From NCBI GenBank assembly GCA_900554225.1, contig USGH01000001.1, positions 1 through 47,796 of the forward strand: a stretch of DNA of 47,796 nucleotides, in the 5' to 3' direction. The notes under the pieces were generated by a model that made no database searches, was not told where the DNA came from, and saw only the letters and a program-made list of their open reading frames with translations. Numbering within the stretch: the first letter of the stretch is position 1; every line of letters starts with the position of its first letter. Positions 43,206 through 47,796 of the stretch are shown piece after piece. The position numbers and the translations under genes are program-made. This DNA comes from an uncultured Eubacteriales bacterium (GTDB taxonomy: Bacteria; Bacillota; Clostridia; Oscillospirales; CAG-272).

Positions 43206-43379
43206 TTACTGTACGCTGCCGGTTATGATTTTCAAAAACTGCGCTGCTTTGCATTTACCGTATATATACGCAAACGCCGCTTTCCACTTCTGCTGGAACC
43301 CGATCCCGGAATCGTCTATGACGCAGAAAAACGCAAGCAGCAGAAGGATAGCAAAAAGAAATCTGAAAATGCGCCGCAT
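43206..43379 (-). CDS. Candidate small membrane protein (57 aa), hypothetical
   Basis: GGGAGG RBS 5 nt before the ATG, hydrophobic helix RRIFRFLFAILLLLAFFCVI, and a terminator 16 nt downstream. No homology recognised. Confidence 0.35.
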   Translation of the reverse strand: MRRIFRFLFAILLLLAFFCVIDDSGIGFQQKWKAAFAYIYGKCKAAQFLKIITGSVQ

Positions 43380-43589
43380 AAAAACCTCCCAATAAACCGT
43401 CGAAAACAATACACATAAAATCGAGGGGAAGGAAACAGGAAAACACCCCATGCAATCGTCCGCGGCAGCAGCGCACTCCCCCATCCGTCGCTTCAGACAT
43501 CCAGACATGCGTTTATATATGTCCATAAAAAAGTTCTTGCTAAGCTTCTTTCAAGAAGCGTCCCGTTCCCTTGTTCTCTCCGTTCTCCC

Positions 43590-44372
43590 TCAGAGCCGGC
43601 GCAGCATAAACCCGCCGTCCGCATCGAATACGGTGCCGGTGGAGTAGCGCATTGCACCGTTTGCCAGCGCGAGAACCATGGAGGCGACCTCCTCCGGCTG
43701 ACCAATGTGGCGGATCGGCAAAAGACCGTTTGCAATGAGGGCGTCGTATTTCGCTCGCACCACAGCGGTCATGTCCGTCGCAATGATGCCCGGGCGTACC
43801 TCGTAGACGTTCACACCATATTCTGCCATCCGATCCGCGTAGAGCTTCACCGCCATCGACAGCGCCGCCTTCGACATACAGTATTCCCCGCGGCTCACAC
43901 TCGATACCTCCGCCGAAATCGATGTGATGAACACAATCGCCCGCATCACGTCCGCCTGCTCCGGAACCGCTGCCATCCGCCGCGCCATCTCCTGTGTCAG
44001 GAAAAAGACGCTCCGGCAGTTGATTCCCATCACCCGGTCGTAGCTCTCCTCCGTCATCTCCAGAATGTCGTTGCGCTGCAAGGGTGCCACACCGGCATTG
44101 TTCACAAGCACCTCTACCGTGCCGAATCTGCCCCATGCCTCGTCCATCAGGCGCATCCGATCCTCCGACGACGAGATGTCGCATTGGCAGTAGAAGGATT
44201 CCGGCGAGAGGGAGGTCAGCTCACCGAGATATGCCGCAACCCGCTCATCGGATGCAGGCTTGGTTCCCGCCGCACAGACCGCGTAGCCATCCTTTGCCAA
44301 CGCCAGAGAGATCCCGCGACCGATCCCACGCGCCCCGCCGGTCACAATCGCACACCGTTTTCCGCCTATCAT
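43590..44372 (-). CDS. SDR family oxidoreductase (3-oxoacyl-ACP-reductase-like)
   Basis: AIVTGGARGIGRGISLAL (TGxxxGxG), NNAG, and catalytic S...YCMSK. Confidence 0.85.
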   Translation of the reverse strand: MIGGKRCAIVTGGARGIGRGISLALAKDGYAVCAAGTKPASDERVAAYLGELTSLSPESFYCQCDISSSEDRMRLMDEAWGRFGTVEVLVNNAGVAPLQRNDILEMTEESYDRVMGINCRSVFFLTQEMARRMAAVPEQADVMRAIVFITSISAEVSSVSRGEYCMSKAALSMAVKLYADRMAEYGVNVYEVRPGIIATDMTAVVRAKYDALIANGLLPIRHIGQPEEVASMVLALANGAMRYSTGTVFDADGGFMLRRL

Positions 44373-44387
44373 TTCGTTTTCCTCCGT

Positions 44388-45695
44388 TTATTTCGCAAAT
44401 ACGCGCCGATATTGGTCGAGATACAGCTTGTCCCGTATCGGGCATCCGGTTGCCGCAAGCTGCCGCATGATCGCCGTGCATTTGGAACAGGTCATGCACA
44501 CCTTCTTCGGATCGAGCGCACCTTTTTCGAGAATGTCGCGCGCAAAATCCGGGTACGCAAACGCCATTCTGCCAAATCCGGCTGCGTCTGCCATTCCGGC
44601 GGAGACAGCTCCTGCCGCTGCATCTGCCGCATAGGTTCGCAGATAGCTGTAGCCTGTGCCGATCAGCGTGATTCCCGGGACCGTCTTCTTCATGTGCGCC
44701 GCCGCATCGATGAGTCTGCCCACGCCAACCATGCGCTCTTCCGGCGGTTCATAGCCACCGTTGTCATACGGACGATTCACGTGCGGGTTGATGTACGGCG
44801 AGCCGAGCGTCATGTCCACAAGCCGAATGCCGCCCGCATAGAGCTTTTGATACAGCCAGTCGCCCTCCGACCAGTCGATTTTCAGGTAGTCCGCATGGTC
44901 CGCACCAAATCCCCACGGGTACGGCAGGCAGTCGTATAAGCCAAGTCGGGATGCCAAAATAAAATCGTCGTTCGCCCAGACGGACGCTGCCGCCACGGAA
45001 TCGAGAAAGAGGCGCGCACGATTTTCCAGCGATCCGCCGTAACGACCCGGGCGGTTGTACGCCGAAAGCAGCTCACTGAAGAGATACTTGTGGCAGCACT
45101 TGATGTCCACGCCGTCAAATCCCGCCTCCCGTGCCAGCTTCGCCGCATAGCCGAACTTTTCCGGCAGCGTGTCGAGATATTCGTCCGTCACCACCGGGTA
45201 GTCCGGATCGACCATCATCTTCTCGTTCATAAGCGGATTGTGATACGAGATCACAGGTGCGGGAAGGTTGTGCGGACGCGAGAATCTGCCGGAATGGGTC
45301 AGCTGCAAAATCAGCGGCGTGCCGTTCGACAGTTTGTGCATCCGCTCTGCCAACGCCTTGAACGCGTCCAGTGTGCCGTCGTGCAGCCAGAGTTGGGACG
45401 AACTGGTCCGCCCTTCCTCCACTACCGCCGTCGCCTCAAGCCAGATCAGTCCCGCGCCACCCTCGGCAAAGCGTTCACAGCGGCGTATCGTCCATTCTCC
45501 CGGAGAGCCGTCTTCGTTGCCGTCAAAGCCCTCCATCGGATGGATCGTCAAACGGTTTTTGAGCTTCACGTGGGAGGTGCCGATCTGCTTCTCCGTGCCG
45601 AGTATCGACAAATCCGTACTGTGCGGCAGCGTAACACCGCAGCTTTGGGCGGCAGTGAGCAGCTCCGCCAGCGAATGATAGGTGAATTTCTGCAT
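44388..45695 (-). CDS. NADH:flavin oxidoreductase (Old Yellow Enzyme family) with C-terminal Cys cluster; lacks the FAD/NAD(P) C-terminal domain of 2,4-dienoyl-CoA/enoate reductases
   Basis: OYE core (LTIHPMEG ... LQLTHSGRFS ... CHKYLFSELLS ... RPGRYGGSLENR) followed by CMTCSKCTAIMRQLAATGCP (C-x2-C-x2-C-x11-C). 435 aa. Confidence 0.8.
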   Translation of the reverse strand: MQKFTYHSLAELLTAAQSCGVTLPHSTDLSILGTEKQIGTSHVKLKNRLTIHPMEGFDGNEDGSPGEWTIRRCERFAEGGAGLIWLEATAVVEEGRTSSSQLWLHDGTLDAFKALAERMHKLSNGTPLILQLTHSGRFSRPHNLPAPVISYHNPLMNEKMMVDPDYPVVTDEYLDTLPEKFGYAAKLAREAGFDGVDIKCCHKYLFSELLSAYNRPGRYGGSLENRARLFLDSVAAASVWANDDFILASRLGLYDCLPYPWGFGADHADYLKIDWSEGDWLYQKLYAGGIRLVDMTLGSPYINPHVNRPYDNGGYEPPEERMVGVGRLIDAAAHMKKTVPGITLIGTGYSYLRTYAADAAAGAVSAGMADAAGFGRMAFAYPDFARDILEKGALDPKKVCMTCSKCTAIMRQLAATGCPIRDKLYLDQYRRVFAK

Positions 45696-45706
45696 TGTGC
45701 GCCTCC

Positions 45707-46726
45707 TTACGCCATCGTTTCGAGCATCTGCAAGGTGACGCCGTACTGTGTTTCCTCTCCGGCTGCAACATGGCGGTATTCGGAGAGCATATATTCGCCC
45801 ATCCGCCGCACCTCATTGCCGAGAGAGCCTGCGATGTGCGGTGTGAGATATACGTTGTCCAGCGTGTAGAGCGGGGAATCCTCCTTGGGCGGCTCCGGAT
45901 ACGTCACATCGAGAACTGCCGCACGGGAGGGATCTGCCTGCAATGCCGCGATCATGTCCGCTTCCACGATCTGCGCACCACGTCCGGTGTTGATAAACGT
46001 CGTGTTCGGCTTCATCCGGTCAAAGAGATGCGCGTCCAGCATACCGACCGTCTGCGGATTGTTCGCGAGATGGTTGGAGATCACGTCCGATTGTGCAAAC
46101 AGCTCCTCCAGGGTGCATTTTTCCACCCGCAGTGCCGCCGCCTTTTCATCGGACAAGAACGGATCGAATACGACCACCCGCACCCCGTCGAGATCCCGAT
46201 GGAGCCGTTCAATCACCATTTTGCCGATCATGCCCGCGCCGATGATGCCGACCGTGATGTCGTAGTTGCCGGGAAAATCCACATATACGTTCCGATTTGT
46301 CCAGATGTATCCGCTGCCGGGCTTGTGGAGCCGGTGGAAGAAGCCCTTTGTCGCTAAGACGATCTGGGCAAAGGTATATTCCGCGACCGGAACGCCGTTT
46401 GCCGCCCACGCGCTGTGTACCGCGATCCCGTTTTCCAAAAACGGACGGGCGAAATACTGTACGCTCCCCGCCGCATAGAATACCGCCTTGCAGGAGGGCA
46501 GATATTCCCGGATCTCCTCCGCGGACAAAGCGAGCATACCCCAGGTCGAGAATACGTATTCCACCGCCGCAAGCTCTTCTTTCACCGCGTCAAAGTCCGA
46601 TTTTACAAGACAGGTGCCGTCTGCGATAAAGTCGAGCTCCCTGCGCAGAGACGCCATCGTTTCCCCGTGGTATACGCGCGCGATCTGATGCCCGTCGCCG
46701 ATAAACGCTGCTTTTTTCATAGCCAA
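45707..46726 (-). CDS. D-isomer-specific 2-hydroxyacid dehydrogenase family protein (NAD-binding)
   Basis: VGIIGAGMIGKMV (GxGxxG), NTGRGAQIV, LDVTYPEP, LTPHIAGS. Confidence 0.85.
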   Translation of the reverse strand: MAMKKAAFIGDGHQIARVYHGETMASLRRELDFIADGTCLVKSDFDAVKEELAAVEYVFSTWGMLALSAEEIREYLPSCKAVFYAAGSVQYFARPFLENGIAVHSAWAANGVPVAEYTFAQIVLATKGFFHRLHKPGSGYIWTNRNVYVDFPGNYDITVGIIGAGMIGKMVIERLHRDLDGVRVVVFDPFLSDEKAAALRVEKCTLEELFAQSDVISNHLANNPQTVGMLDAHLFDRMKPNTTFINTGRGAQIVEADMIAALQADPSRAAVLDVTYPEPPKEDSPLYTLDNVYLTPHIAGSLGNEVRRMGEYMLSEYRHVAAGEETQYGVTLQMLETMA

Positions 46727-46732
46727 ACTCCT

Positions 46733-47629
46733 TTAATTGCCAAACATGTATTTGCCGAAATCTTCAAATTCCAAAATGTCCGAGAGAATGTAGTTCGAAA
46801 CAAACATCCCGCGCGGCGTCAGCGCATACCGACCGTTTTTGTACGTCATGTAGCCGCCTTCCAGAAACCGCCGCACCTTTTGTCCGTATAATGCCGTGAA
46901 CGATGCGCCGAACCGTCTGGCAAATTCCCGCTCCTCCAGTCCCGCGTTCAGGCGGAAACGGAGCATGATGTACTCGCCGAGCCGTTCCCGCGGTTCCACC
47001 ACCTCGTTTTCTGCCGTGAGCCGTACCTTGGAGGCGGGATTTGTCACCCCGGCGATGTACCGCTCCAGATCGGGCGTGAAGGAGAACCGGCTGCCGTTGA
47101 AGAAGGAGTGCGCCGATACGCCGAAGCCGAGATATTCGTCGCAGTTCCAGTATTTCAGATTGTGGGCGCACATTCTGCCGGGACGGGCGAAATTGGAGAT
47201 CTCGTATTGGTAGTACCCGTTCTGCGCAAGAAACGCTACGGCACGCTCGTACATATCCGCTTCCGTATCCTCGTCCGGCAGGTACGGCGCGATCTTGTCG
47301 TATTCCCGATAGAAGCGCGTCCCCGGCTCGATCTTCAGGTCGTACAGGGAGATATGCTCCGGTCCGACACGCGTGATGAAGGTCAGCGTGTGGAACAGGG
47401 AGTCCATCGTCTGGTAAGGAATGCCGAACATCAGATCCGTGTTGATGTTGAGAAATCCGGCAGCGCGTGCCATCTGATAGCTGCGGACGAAATCGCGCCG
47501 GGTGTGCCGACGGGACAACGCCTTCAGTTCCGGATCGTTTTCAAAAAGCTGATAGTCAAAAAGCAAGGCGAGTTTCTGTTCGTTTATCGCGTCATTCGCA
47601 ATACCGCGTCTGTTTCCGCTTTTTTTCAC
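46733..47629 (-). CDS. HemW/HemN-like protein lacking the N-terminal radical-SAM (CxxxCxxC) segment
   Basis: AAGFLNINTDLMFGIPYQT ... GPEHISLYDLKIEPGT ... YYQYEISNFARPGRMCAHNLKYW ... GFGVSAHSF is collinear with the distal two-thirds of HemW/HemN. GTG start with a GGAGGAAAG RBS. Only 58 nt separate it from the preceding gene, so there is no room for the missing part. Confidence 0.75.
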   Translation of the reverse strand: MKKSGNRRGIANDAINEQKLALLFDYQLFENDPELKALSRRHTRRDFVRSYQMARAAGFLNINTDLMFGIPYQTMDSLFHTLTFITRVGPEHISLYDLKIEPGTRFYREYDKIAPYLPDEDTEADMYERAVAFLAQNGYYQYEISNFARPGRMCAHNLKYWNCDEYLGFGVSAHSFFNGSRFSFTPDLERYIAGVTNPASKVRLTAENEVVEPRERLGEYIMLRFRLNAGLEEREFARRFGASFTALYGQKVRRFLEGGYMTYKNGRYALTPRGMFVSNYILSDILEFEDFGKYMFGN

Positions 47630-47687
47630 TCTCTTTCCTCCTTCTGTTTGTTTATACGAGTCAAACGAAAAAGTGGCTACAAAAAAA

Positions 47688-47796
47688 TCAGATTTTTTTG
47701 TTATGCGTCACATCGTCAAGCCTCTGACGCGCGACAAGCTCCGCAAAAAAGCCGTTTTTTTCGATAAGCTCATCGTATTTGCCGTCTTCGATTATC
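47688..47796 (-). CDS. ABC transporter ATP-binding/permease protein, 3'-terminal fragment (gene continues beyond the window)
   Basis: The minus-strand frame open to the right edge reads IIEDGKYDELIEKNGFFAELVARQRLDDVTHNKKI*, the typical C-terminus of ABC exporters. It is too short to appear in the ORF track. Confidence 0.55.
   Translation of the reverse strand, partial: IIEDGKYDELIEKNGFFAELVARQRLDDVTHNKKI

Noticed and set aside
6597-44939. Many very long ORFs antisense to the genes called above. Examples: 6597..7886(+), 7911..9557(+), 12907..14484(-), 16195..17589(-), 19079..20746(-), 21145..22602(-), 22782..24017(-), 27071..28072(+), 31741..32868(+), 36396..38066(+), 43707..44939(+).
   Set aside because: They are typical high-GC shadow ORFs: Arg/Gly/His/Pro-rich low-complexity translations with no recognisable motifs. 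Each lies fully opposite a gene with strong family signatures and proper RBS, promoter and terminator signals.
1-47796. A search for CRISPR arrays, IS elements or transposases, integrases, prophage genes, toxin-antitoxin pairs and known defence-system components.
   Set aside because: I saw no direct-repeat/spacer periodicity, no terminal inverted repeats flanking ORFs, and no nuclease, helicase, ATPase or recombinase signatures of that kind. The tRNA loci have no adjacent integrase.

Overview
This is a 47.8-kb, high-GC (roughly 55-60% by eye) chromosomal segment. The gene content fits a Clostridia-type Firmicute: a cotJ spore-coat operon, comEC, T-box control and sigma-A-type promoters. The taxon is an inference. 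I could support about 45 protein genes, 4 tRNAs (a lone tRNA-Val-CAC and a Val-TAC/Asp-GTC/Gly-GCC operon), a yybP-ykoY Mn2+ riboswitch ahead of mntP, a Cys-specific T-box ahead of cysE-CPBP-cysS, and many near-consensus promoters and intrinsic terminators.

Most of the content is housekeeping or accessory metabolism:
- An MBOAT/DltD-like acyltransferase pair and a TetR-methyltransferase pair.
- A Ca2+ P-type ATPase, mntP, copA/copZ and ktrAB.
- mutY and rnhA.
- A small sugar-related cluster.
- Two paralogous orphan solute-binding lipoproteins flanking the conserved ACT/DUF711 pair.
- An SDR / Old-Yellow-Enzyme / 2-hydroxyacid-dehydrogenase cassette.

I found no CRISPR array, transposase, integrase, prophage or recognisable defence genes.

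The most interesting locus is a compact, divergent glycyl-radical enzyme (about 661 aa). It has its own promoter, an abutting radical-SAM activase and a trailing GNAT (25058..28512). Its substrate is not assignable from sequence.

Three genes look decayed or remodelled:
- cotJC is cut short next to a tRNA gene.
- comEC has one in-frame TGA.
- A HemW/HemN-like gene lacks its radical-SAM N-terminus.

CDS coordinates follow the ORF track, with starts re-picked from RBS or homology. Hand-counted RNA and regulatory coordinates may be off by 1-2 nt. All family assignments come from motif and sequence recognition by eye; no database search was run.
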